Source: Octopus sinensis
Lineage: Eukaryota
Direction of reading: 5' to 3'
Length of the DNA: 9,599 nucleotides
Assembly: GCF_006345805.1 (NCBI RefSeq)
Contig: NW_021827870.1
Location: forward strand, 1 to 9,599
This document shows, piece by piece, positions 1-8,264 of the stretch; position 1 is the first letter of the stretch, and every line of letters starts with the position of its first letter. The notes under the pieces are model-generated. The model searched no databases. It was given only the letters and a program-made list of their open reading frames with translations, and was not told the origin of the DNA. The translations under genes and the position numbers were made by a program.

Positions 1-18
1 TGGCTCCATTTCTTTTCT

Positions 19-38
19 TATCTATCTATCTATCTATC

Positions 39-107
<69 letters not shown>

Positions 108-214
108 CTATATATATATATATATAAAATGAATGTATGTATATGCAATTGTTTGTATGTATGTGTATCTATCTATCTATCTATCTATCTATATTTATGT
201 ATATATATATATAT
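19..214. repeat. Compound microsatellite (TATC)n / (TA)n / (TATG)n
   Basis: Directly visible: long TATC run 19-~105, then TA, TATG and TATC tracts ending at 214. Confidence 0.97.
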
Positions 215-800
215 CGTCAGTGGATCATGTGTTCAAAAATGAAGCACAGTCTAAAGAATTGAACAGTAATGAATTTACAAGCATTGAAATATATGTCCGG
301 TCGTAACACAATGATCATCATTCACATACTACCTAAACCACCAATGATTTCTCATCCATAAATCACCTAGCGATCAAGGAACCTACGCTCATATGCTGTT
401 TCCAGTGTGCAAAAACTTTTTCCAGCTCTAATCGATGAACCGGGAATCCCACACCTGCAGTAGGTAGTGTCTGGAATGGAGGCAAAGGCAACTGATCTCA
501 TGTTTTGAGTTTAAGAGAGGATCCGGTTCCAGCGAGTCTTTAAGGATCCTTGCCCGCTTTTGTATATTCTGCTCACGTTTATATAGGACTGCGGTTGCTC
601 TATGATCTTCCATTTAATTTCGTATGGATTTTCTTCATCCTCGAGGCCCCACACGTGGCTGGCCAGGGACTTGAGATAACGTCTTTCCGGAATAATAAAG
701 GAGGATGTACAGGCGCCGATTATAGACAGTCCCGGTCAACTCGTCGTATCTCCGAACTTTGGTGCCGGTTATGTTCACGCCTCTTGTATATCTTGTGTTG
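215..800 (-). mobile_element. Decayed 3' fragment of a Penelope-like retroelement (C-terminal GIY-YIG endonuclease plus putative 3' UTR)
   Basis: Minus-strand translation with frameshifts gives IYK..VNITGTKVRRYDELTGT / TSSFIIPERRYLKSLASHVWGLEDEENPYEIKWKIIEQPQSY / RILKDSLEPDPLLNSKHEISCLCLHSRHYLL, stop at 428. This matches the pattern I recall for invertebrate PLE C-termini (YIGLT..F..R...H.SSF......T.LS.H.W.LK....Y.I.W.I.....LLN.R.E....CRH...LL). The 3' end abuts (TA)n. Boundaries are approximate. Confidence 0.75.
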
Positions 801-913
801 ACTATAGGCCTGAAGTTGTCGCCGTTGGAGCTGTCATCAGTGTTGTTTTACGGGACGTGGTTCTGGCGATATCGCTGTAGTTGATGCCCTTGCAGTTGTC
901 ATCCCCGCCGTAG

Positions 914-956
914 TTGCTGCTGCTGTTGCCGATGGTGATATGGCTGCCATCACTGC
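914..956. repeat. 43-bp direct repeat, partner at 1336-1378 (putative target-site duplication)
   Basis: TTGCTGCTGCTGTTGCCGATGGTGATATGGCTGCCATCACTGC versus TTGCTGCTGCTATTGCCGATGGTGATATGGCTGCCGTCGCTGC; 40/43 identical by eye. Confidence 0.88.
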
Positions 957-1335
957 CGCCTTCTTGAGCGAACGGTCTTCGTGCCAGAGCTCGCAAGATG
1001 GGAGAAGTTCGAAACGTGGTCCTTTGCTATTCGTAAGACCCGCTGAAGAGAAAGCAGGTCAACCCCCCCGACACCGAGAGCATCGACGGATGGATGAATG
1101 CGCATCCAGACTCAGCGGTTGCGGAGGAAGTCGGGGACAAGAAACAGGAAGAAAGAGTGAGAGAAAGTTGGTGCGAAAGAGTACAACAGGGGTCGCCACC
1201 CCCCCCCCCCGGAGCCTGGTGGAGCTTTAGGTGTTTTCGCTCAATAAACACACACAATGCTCGGTCAGGGAATCGAAACCACGATCCTCCGACCGCGAGT
1301 CCGCTGCCCTAACCATTGGGCCATTGCACCTTCAC
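957..1335 (-). mobile_element. tRNA-derived SINE, family 1, copy 1
   Basis: Minus-strand head GTGAAGGTGCAATGGCCCAATGGTTAGGGCAGCGGACTCGCGGTCGGAGGATCGTGGTTTCGATTCC has A-box-like TGGCCCAATGG and B-box-like GGTTTCGATTCC. The body is homologous to 7372-7706. Flanked by a 43-bp direct repeat (914-956 / 1336-1378). Confidence 0.9.
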
Positions 1336-1378
1336 TTGCTGCTGCTATTGCCGATGGTGATATGGCTGCCGTCGCTGC

Positions 1379-1381
<3 letters not shown>

Positions 1382-1456
<75 letters not shown>

Positions 1457-1460
1457 TATA
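1382..1460. repeat. (TA)n microsatellite
   Basis: Near-perfect TA run. Confidence 0.98.
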
Positions 1461-3742
1461 TAACTTAGAATAACTTAGAAAGGTTTTGGCCAGTATTGGC
1501 CCAGGCCATGTCTAACTAATAGCACCACCTGGCGAAGTCTTTCAGTTCAGGATTGGGCACCAAGGCCCATTCGAGCAGAGAGTTATTGTTTGCGGAGACA
1601 TATCCGGGTGTGGGTGGTTTGTCCGGTATTGTTTGAAGGAATTTGTCCAAAGACTTCTTGAATTTTGTGTGGTCAGTTTCTTTTTTGACGTGTCTGGTGT
1701 AATGTTGAAGAGAGCAGGTCCAATTGAGGTGAAATAGTTGTGCCGTATTGTCGTTATGTGATGCGATTAGATTTTTGTTTGGGACGGATGGCACGTGGTC
1801 CAAGCCTTGGATGCATTTGAAGGTGATGCCAACATCATTCGGACAGTGCTGATGGAATATTTTCCACATCATACAGATAATGTAGCGTTCACGGCGTCGT
1901 TGGAGTGAATACAATTTCAGTTTCTCTAGTCTACCCCAGTAGTCAAGGTCTGACATGCCATCTATATTTTTTGTGATTGACCTTTGGGGAGCTTCAATTC
2001 TCATAATATTTTGTTTTGTGTAGAGAGACCACAGTGGACAGCAGTATTCAAGGTGGGGTCGGGCAAAAGTGGAGAAGAGAAGGATAATAGCGTGGGAATC
2101 TCTCGACTGGAAGGTTCTGAGATCCAGGAACCATTCTGCGGGCCATGTCAACTTTGCTGCTTATATGTGTAGCCAGCTTATGTTGTTCTCCACTGTTACT
2201 CCCAGGTCTCTGATGTTGTTGGATGCCATGAGAATTTCTCCAGAAGGAAGAGAGTATGGCGTTTCAGAGCGTCCTCCCTTCCAAAGTGGATCAGTTCAAA
2301 TTTGTCTTCATTTAGCAACATGTTATTTTTTCCGCCCATTGGACAACAGCCAGTAGGTCTGACTGAAGGTTTATTCGGTCATCCACGCCATTGATGACCT
2401 TCTGGAGCTTGGAATCATCAGCGAAGGTTCTGATGTTACTGTGTTTGATGGTGTCAGTAATATCATTTATGTAGATGATGAAGAGAAGTGGGCCCACACA
2501 GTGCCTTGTGGGACACCACTGCTGACTTTGGCTGGGCTGGATTTGACTCCTTCGACTACAACATGTTGGGTTCTGTAGACAGGAAGCACTTGATCCACTG
2601 CAGCAGCTTCCAGTGACACCAATATTGAACAGCTTTCTCAGAAGGATCTTATGATCAACCCTGTCAAAGCCTTGCTGAAATCAAGGTAGATGACATCAGT
2701 GTTGGAACCTTCTCCCAAGGCTCTCAAAATGTCATCAAAATGATGCAGTAGCTGCGTCAGGCACATCTCTCCCATTACGGAATCCATGCTGGTGGGGTTC
2801 AGCATATTATGACTCTCAAGGAAGTGAGTCATACGCGATCTCAGCACCCTCTCAAATATCTTGATGATATGAGAGGTGAGTGAGATTGGACGGTAATTCA
2901 CGGCAAGCGATTTGTTTCCTTTTTTGAAAACTGGGACAACAGACTGGGATAGAAGGTCTTCTGGTATATATCCAGCATCCAGTGAGTTCCGACACAGATT
3001 GGCTAGAGGGGGTGCAAGTTGGTTTTGACACATCTTCAAGACACAAGCAGGAAACCTATCGGGACCTACTGCTGAATTATGCTTCATTTCCTTTATTGCT
3101 GCTAAGACATCAGGAGCGCCAAATGTTATGTCCGATAAAGTGTATTGGGGAGTAACATCACTGATACAGCCCAGATCAGTCATACCAGGATTACTGAAAA
3201 CAGAGCAATATTGTTTCTGCAATATCTCTCCCATGGTTTTGGCATTGTCTTGAAGAGTACCATTTTCATCAATCAGAGGGCAACAGTAGAACCAGTGACT
3301 CTGTGTTTTTTGCAAATGAAAAGAAACTTGGGATTGAGTTTGATCTTCTCAATGGCCCAGGCCTCTTCAGCTCTTCGTGGACTATTGATGATAGACATCA
3401 CGTTGTTTGGAGTTTATGTTTTTTAATCTCTAGCGACGAGATGGCAGTCAGGTTGGTGTGTTGCTGTTGACAGTATTTCAGCATGTTGATCTTTTTGTTG
3501 ATTCTTTTAATTTTCCTTATGAGAGATTTTCTATTTTAGGGATTCGACACTTAGATTTGTTGCAGATCTTAATGGGGTGTGTCTTGCACATATGTTCGTG
3601 ATGGTGTCTACAAGTGGACTGCCAGGACTTTTGATGTTAGTGGTGGGTATGTTGTGCGTGAAGGACCAGCGCTTGTGCACAAGATCATTATTGATCCGTT
3701 CCCAGTTTGCATTGTGGAAATCACCTAGTGTCCCAATGTAGA
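1461..3742 (-). mobile_element. 5'-truncated non-LTR retrotransposon (LINE), CR1 group
   Basis: RT motifs NYRPISLTS, YLDFSKA(FD), PQGTV(L)GPLLFIIYIND and FADD; C-terminal RPHLEYC..LW, LYSLQRRRERY and FKKSLDKFL..IPD.P. The 3' UTR is short and ends in two tandem copies of TTCTAAGTTA (1461-1480). The 5' end lies near DFHNANWERI (~3722), so no APE endonuclease or ORF1 is visible. Confidence 0.93.
1516..3722 (-). pseudogene. Frameshifted ORF2 (reverse transcriptase and C-terminal domain) of the LINE
   Basis: ORF-track pieces 2638-3315, 2312-2497 and 1516-2151 join into one RT protein after correcting 1-bp frameshifts. FADD at ~2414-2425; stop TAG at 1516-1518. Confidence 0.9.
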
Positions 3743-3918
<176 letters not shown>

Positions 3919-3932
3919 GCTTATATGTATGT

Positions 3933-4254
3933 GAGGGCACGTGGCCTCGTGGTTAGGGCATTCGGCTCATGATCGTAAGTTTGTGAGTTCGATTCACGGC
4001 GACGCGTTGTGTCCTTTAGCAAGACACTTTATTTCCCGTTGCTCCAATCCACTCAGCAGGCAAAAATGAGTAGTACCTGTATTTGAAAGGGCCGGCCTTG
4101 TCACACTCTGTGTCACGCCGAATCTCCTTGCGAACTACGTTAAGGGTACACGTGTCTGTGGAGTGCTCAGCCACTTGCACGTTAATTTTACGAGCAAGCT
4201 GTTCTGTTAATCATATCAGCTGGGACCCTCGTCGTAACCGACGGAGTGCTCCCC
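3933..4254 (+). mobile_element. tRNA-derived SINE, family 2
   Basis: Head GAGGGCACGTGGCCTCGTGGTTAGGG (A box) ... GAGTTCGATTC (B box), followed by GTGTCCTTTAGCAAGACACTT, a motif typical of conserved SINE central domains. An 11-bp direct repeat TATGCTTATAT at 3916-3926 and 4256-4266 is a likely TSD. Confidence 0.85.
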
Positions 4255-4520
4255 TTATGCTTATATTTGCAGCATCATACCTGTCAATGGTGTATATACT
4301 TTAGGTAGGACGCAAGATAGGCTTTTGCATATATGTACAATATACAGTATATATATATATATCTAATATAGGATGGAATTTTTCGAAAAAAATTATATCA
4401 ATGGCCAGCATATTAGAAAATACCTTTAAAGGTTAAATTTATAAACAATTTATAAGTCAGGGCTGATTTCACACCAGTGGTCTAGCATATTAAAAAACTG
4501 AAGGTTCAGTAAATTTGTAT

Positions 4521-4596
4521 TATATACATATTAGAGAGAAAGACCATAGCGGATCTATTTCTAGCATAAGGGTGTCCACATAGTAGTTTCCCTCTA

Positions 4597-4607
<11 letters not shown>
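4521..4607. repeat. Inverted repeat with 21-bp arms and 45-bp spacer
   Basis: 4521-4541 TATATACATATTAGAGAGAAA versus reverse complement of 4587-4607 TATATACATATTAGAGGGAAA (20/21). Confidence 0.8.

Positions 4608-4680
<73 letters not shown>
4602..4680. repeat. (TA)n microsatellite
   Basis: Perfect TA run. Confidence 0.98.
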
Positions 4681-4686
<6 letters not shown>

Positions 4687-5110
4687 ATGTAAGTGGGGTG
4701 AGGTGGGGTTGAATTTAAATGGTACTTGACTATTATTTGTAGCAAGTTGAGCTCATTGGCTGACATGTTCTTGTTGATGATAATATTTAGAGCGAGGTCA
4801 CTTCTGATCGGTCATCCCAATAATCTCAAGTAATCCAGCCGTGACCGTCATACCCCTTTTTCTATGTGTAGTGAACTAAGTTGCACATTAACGAACTTGT
4901 CACTTTCTAAGACGGCAGGTTTTACTTTGAGGGAGATTTGACTATTATTTCTAGGACACCAGTCAATGCTTTCTAGTTGGCTCGATTGTCTTGTTTATTC
5001 AAAGCAAGGAAAACTCAAAACTCGGGGTGGAGGGGGGAGCGGACTGACATTTCTCTGAATTATAATGCTAGATGCGATACAGTAACGGTTACATTGTACA
5101 GTGTACATTT

Positions 5111-5520
5111 AAGGCGGCGAGCTGGCACAAACGTTAGCACGCCGGGCGAACTGCTTAGGGGTATTTCGTCCGCCGCTACGTTTTGAGTTCAAATTCCGCC
5201 GAGGTCGACTTTGCCTTTCATCCTTTCGGGGTCGATAAATTAAGTACCAGTGACGCACTGGGGTCGATGTAATCGACTTAATCCGTCTGTCTGTCCTTGT
5301 TTGTTCCCTCTATGTTTAGCCCCTTGTGGGTAGTAAAGAAATAGGTATTTCGTCTGCCGCTGCGTTCTGAGTTCAAATTCCGCCGAGGTCGACTTTACTT
5401 TTCATCCTTTCGGGGATTTTACCAGTGACGCACTGGGGTCGATGTAATTGACTTAATCCGTCTGTCTGTCCTTGTTTGTTCCCTCTATGTTTAGCCCCTT
5501 GTGGGTAGTAAAGAAATAGG
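5111..5520 (+). mobile_element. Internally dimeric SINE, family 3, copy 1 (head plus two ~184-bp units)
   Basis: Head GGCGGCGAGCTGGCACAAACGTTAGC; units start with GGTATTTCG at 5160 and 5344. Each unit has B box GAGTTCAAATTCC; unit A has GCCTTTCATCCTTTCGGGGTCGATAAATTAAGTACCAG, which resembles the Meta/MESC SINE domain from memory (partly deleted in unit B). A 17-bp direct repeat GGTTACATTGTACAGTG at 5087-5103 and 5519-5535 is a likely TSD. Confidence 0.9.
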
Positions 5521-5735
5521 TTACATTGTACAGTGAAGAATGCTATATATGATGGACAAAATCACATCCAGAGTGTGGGAAATCTACGCTCTCATCCGAA
5601 TAATAAAATGGAAATACAGTTAACATAAGTTATATATAATTCTGAATATTTATCTATTTTACAATTTCCAGTCTACAATTGATCATAACATCCTATTCTT
5701 AAGAATGTGTAATATGAATCTGCTTGCCACAGTCT

Positions 5736-5870
5736 ATGTTTGAGCATTATGCTTTCAACAGACTTAACCTCAGGGCGAAATCCAAGATACAATCTAAATT
5801 TTTAATGTAATGAAGCGTGTTCGAGTGTCACGCTTTCAACAAGCATTGCTACGGAACGAACTCAGAGACG
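5736..5870 (+). repeat. Degenerate ~81-bp tandem repeat array, left segment
   Basis: GCTTTCAAC at 5751 and 5832 (81-bp spacing). Unit approximately ATGTTCGAGTGTTACGCTTTCAGCAA...GAAGATATAATCTAAATTTTTAACATAATGAAGC. Confidence 0.75.
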
Positions 5871-5874
5871 TGGC

Positions 5875-6065
5875 TCTTTTACTTGTTTACTTTTTCCAGT
5901 CATTTAAGTGAGGCCATGGTGGAGTACTGTCTTACAGGGTTAGTCGAATAAATTAACCACAACACTTATTCATTCTCGCGTCTCTTTTGCTGAAGTTTAT
6001 TTCCGGTGATGTATACAGTAGTTGGTGTTGTTGGCGAAATAAACTCGAACACATGTAAAGACAGA
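5875..6065 (-). mobile_element. Old 3' fragment of SINE family 4
   Basis: TTTTACTTGTTT...CAGTCATTTAAGTGAGGCCATGGTGGAGTAC...TAGTCGAA...TCTCTTTTGC aligns by eye to 7833-7970. Confidence 0.65.
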
Positions 6066-6070
6066 CAAAA

Positions 6071-6123
6071 TCCTGCTAAACAATTTTGCCAGCGTGCTAA
6101 CAATTTTCCCGGCTCACCACCTT
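6071..6123 (-). mobile_element. Diverged head fragment related to SINE family 3
   Basis: Reverse complement AAGGTGGTGAGCCGGGAAAATTGTTAGCACGCTGGCAAAATTGTTTAGCAGGA resembles 5111-5160 AAGGCGGCGAGCTGGCACAAACGTTAGCACGCCGGGCGAACTGCTTAGGG. Confidence 0.6.
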
Positions 6124-6370
6124 ATTGTGCCGAAATAGCAAATGTAATTCGTGGGCTTCTCCTTCCCAAAATATGTTAAACTAAGTTGCTCTCCAAAAGT
6201 TGAGTCTTTGCAACCATAGATAAACAGAATGTTGAAGTGACACAACGGAAAATGTAAGCATATCGTGAAGAAAATGCATTAAATTACGAATACAACAAAA
6301 AATTGACAAATTTATTCAGAGCCTCGGATGGTGTGTTGACATAAAATAATATATACATTCTTACGCATGT

Positions 6371-6495
6371 ACACACACACACACACACACACACATACGA
6401 TGGGCTTCTACCAGATTCATTCAAAGGGCATTAGTCGGCCTGGTGCTATAATAGAAGACACTTGCCTAAGGTACCACGCAGCGAGATCAAAGCGA
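6371..6495 (-). mobile_element. Old 5' fragment of SINE family 4, with its internal (AC)n
   Basis: (AC)n-ATACGATGGGCTTC...GTCGGCC...GCTATAATAGAAGACACTTGCCTAAGGTACCACGCAG aligns to 8060-8190. Confidence 0.7.
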
Positions 6496-6970
6496 ACTTC
6501 GAAATTTTTAACATACTCAACAAAATGAAGTGTTACGCTTTCAGCAACCCTAACTACAAAATATAATAATTAAAAAAGCCTTATCAATGGAAGAAAACCA
6601 AAGATATAGTTGAGATCTTCAAAGTAATGTCAAAAAGTTCGAGCGCTACGGTTGCTACTACTGCAAACTATGGAAGAAAATTTACAACTTAATGAAACAT
6701 GTTTGAGTGTTACGCTTTAAGCAACCTCAACTATGGAGGAAATAAAAAAAAAATCTAAATTTTTAACATATTGAAGCATGTTCGAGAGACAGGCTTTCAG
6801 CAAGCTTTCCAAATTAACGAACTCGAAGATATAATCGAATTTTTTAACATATACAAAATGAGATGTTCTGATTTCAGCAGCCATAACTGTGAAATGTTAT
6901 CCTTTCAACCACCGCAAAGTGTGGAAGGAAATTGAAGACATAATCAGAATCTTTAACATAATAAAACTCG
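6496..6970 (+). repeat. Degenerate ~81-bp tandem repeat array, right segment (about 6 full or partial units)
   Basis: TTTAACATA recurs at ~6507, ~6762, ~6843 and ~6952. GTTACGCTTT/GCTTTCAGCA-like motifs recur at ~6537, ~6650, 6714, 6793, 6870 and 6901. Confidence 0.75.
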
Positions 6971-7371
6971 TTATGCAGATCTATAAATTTATGCATGAAT
7001 ATAACAACATTTATAAAACGTGGACTTACCACATGTTAATCTACTCCAGTGAACACTGCAGCAGCCAGGGTTAAACAAGCGGCACATAAAGCATACGTAT
7101 ACGGTTTCGTTTTACAGTTGAATCCACTTCATGTAATTTACCTCTTCAACGTACCAACAAAAAACTCCATGTACTCACTCAACCTGTCAGAAATAGCTGT
7201 CGAATCTCCCTCACAATATATCACTGTATGTTGTGTGGACTTTGGAAGCCTTCACTGCTTAAATAGAAAATCTGAAAGTATACCAAAAAAAAAAAAGCTC
7301 CTATAAGGTCTGCTTGATCAGGGTTGGGTGGGGATGAGCAAGAGCAGCAACCGCAGCAGCAGCAGCAGCAA

Positions 7372-7706
7372 GTGGAGGCGCAATGGCCCAATGGTTAGGG
7401 CAGCGGACTCGCGGTTTCGATTCTCAGACCGGGCGTTGAGTGTGTTTATTGAGCGAAAGCACCTAAAGCTCCACGAGTCTCCGGCAGGGGATGGTGGCGA
7501 CCCCTGTTGTACTCTTTCGCCCCAACTTTCTCTCACTCTTTCTTCCTGTTTCTTGTCCCCGACTTCCTACGCAACCGCTGAGCCTGGATGCGCATTCATC
7601 CATCCGTCGATGCTCTCGATGTCGGGTGTTGACCTGCTTTCTCTTCTGTGGGTCTTACGAATAGCAAAGGACCACGTTTCGGACTTCTCCCAACTTACGA
7701 GCTCAA
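7372..7706 (+). mobile_element. tRNA-derived SINE, family 1, copy 2
   Basis: GTGGAGGCGCAATGGCCCAATGGTTAGGGCAGCGGACTCGCGGTTTCGATTC..., an inverted homologue of ~987-1335. Flanked by CAGCAGCAGCAGCAA at 7357-7371 and 7707-7721. Confidence 0.9.
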
Positions 7707-7816
7707 CAGCAGCAGCAGCAACGACAATAAGAGCATCATGAAGAACTTCCTTCATGATTATCGAACGCTTTGTACGCTCCTAGATTTGCTAACGCCAAAC
7801 CACACAGGTTTCATAC

Positions 7817-8245
7817 TTTATTTTTCTTTATCTTTTACTTGTTTCAGTCATTAGAGTGCGGCCATGCTGGGGCACCACCATGAAAGATTTTTGGTCGAAT
7901 GAATCGACCCCAGTACATATTTTTCTTTTTAAGCCTGGTACTTATTCCTTCGGTCTCTTTTGTCGATCCGCTGTGTTACGGGAACATAAACCCACCAACA
8001 TCAGTTGTGAAGCAATAGTAGAGGACAAACACTGGCACAAATACAAACACACATAGATACACGCACACACCCATACATATATACGACCGGTTTCTTTCAG
8101 TTTCTGTCGACCAGATCAACGCACAAGTCTTTGATCGGCCCGTGGCTATAGTAGCAGACACTAGCCCAAGGTGCCATGCAGTGGGACTGTACCTAGAACC
8201 ATGTGGTTGATAAGCAAATTATAACTGCACAACCACTCCTGCGCC
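7817..8245 (-). mobile_element. tRNA-derived SINE, family 4, full length
   Basis: Minus-strand head GGCGCAGGAGTGGTTGTGCAGT...CATGGTTCTAGGTACAGTCCCACTGCATGGCACCTTGGGCTAGTGTCT (degenerate A/B boxes and a CORE-like CCTTGGGC.AGT motif), internal (TG)n-like tract, and 3' TGACTGAAACAAGTAAAAGATAAAG A-rich tail. Homologous fragments occur elsewhere in the window. Confidence 0.85.
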
Positions 8246-8264
8246 TATATGTAAAAAATATAAG

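Noticed and set aside
215-345. Hammerhead ribozyme in the PLE 3' region (minus-strand ATGATGATCATTGTGTTACGACCGGAC; CTGACGA at the end)
   Set aside because: No intact CUGANGA...GAAA core with supporting stems. It may be a decayed remnant but cannot be supported from this copy.
802-996. 64-aa Ser/Gly/Thr-rich ORF as a host exon
   Set aside because: Its start codon lies inside the SINE 3' end, it spans the TSD, and it has no recognisable domain or splice evidence.
940-1312. Similar ORFs at 940-1312 and 7318-7755 that look like a duplicated small gene
   Set aside because: Both lie in copies of a tRNA-derived SINE. Frames are not conserved between the copies, and the similarity is at DNA level.
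1231-1473. ORFs with (IY)n runs (also 4506-4766) and (HT)n/(CV)n runs (8825-9567)
   Set aside because: They are translations of stop-free TA/CA/TG microsatellites, not proteins.
1984-3426. Plus-strand ORFs 1984-2172, 2069-2356 and 3145-3426, and alternative-frame minus ORF 2852-3046
   Set aside because: They are antisense or off-frame shadows of the LINE ORF2.
3933-4005. Genuine tRNA genes at SINE heads (also 1260-1335 and 7372-7430)
   Set aside because: A/B boxes are present, but I could not build a full cloverleaf with an acceptor stem, and each continues into a SINE body with TSDs.
5736-6970. CRISPR-like repeat-spacer array
   Set aside because: The whole unit is repeated and degenerate, with no constant repeat and unique spacer, no cas genes, and a eukaryotic context.
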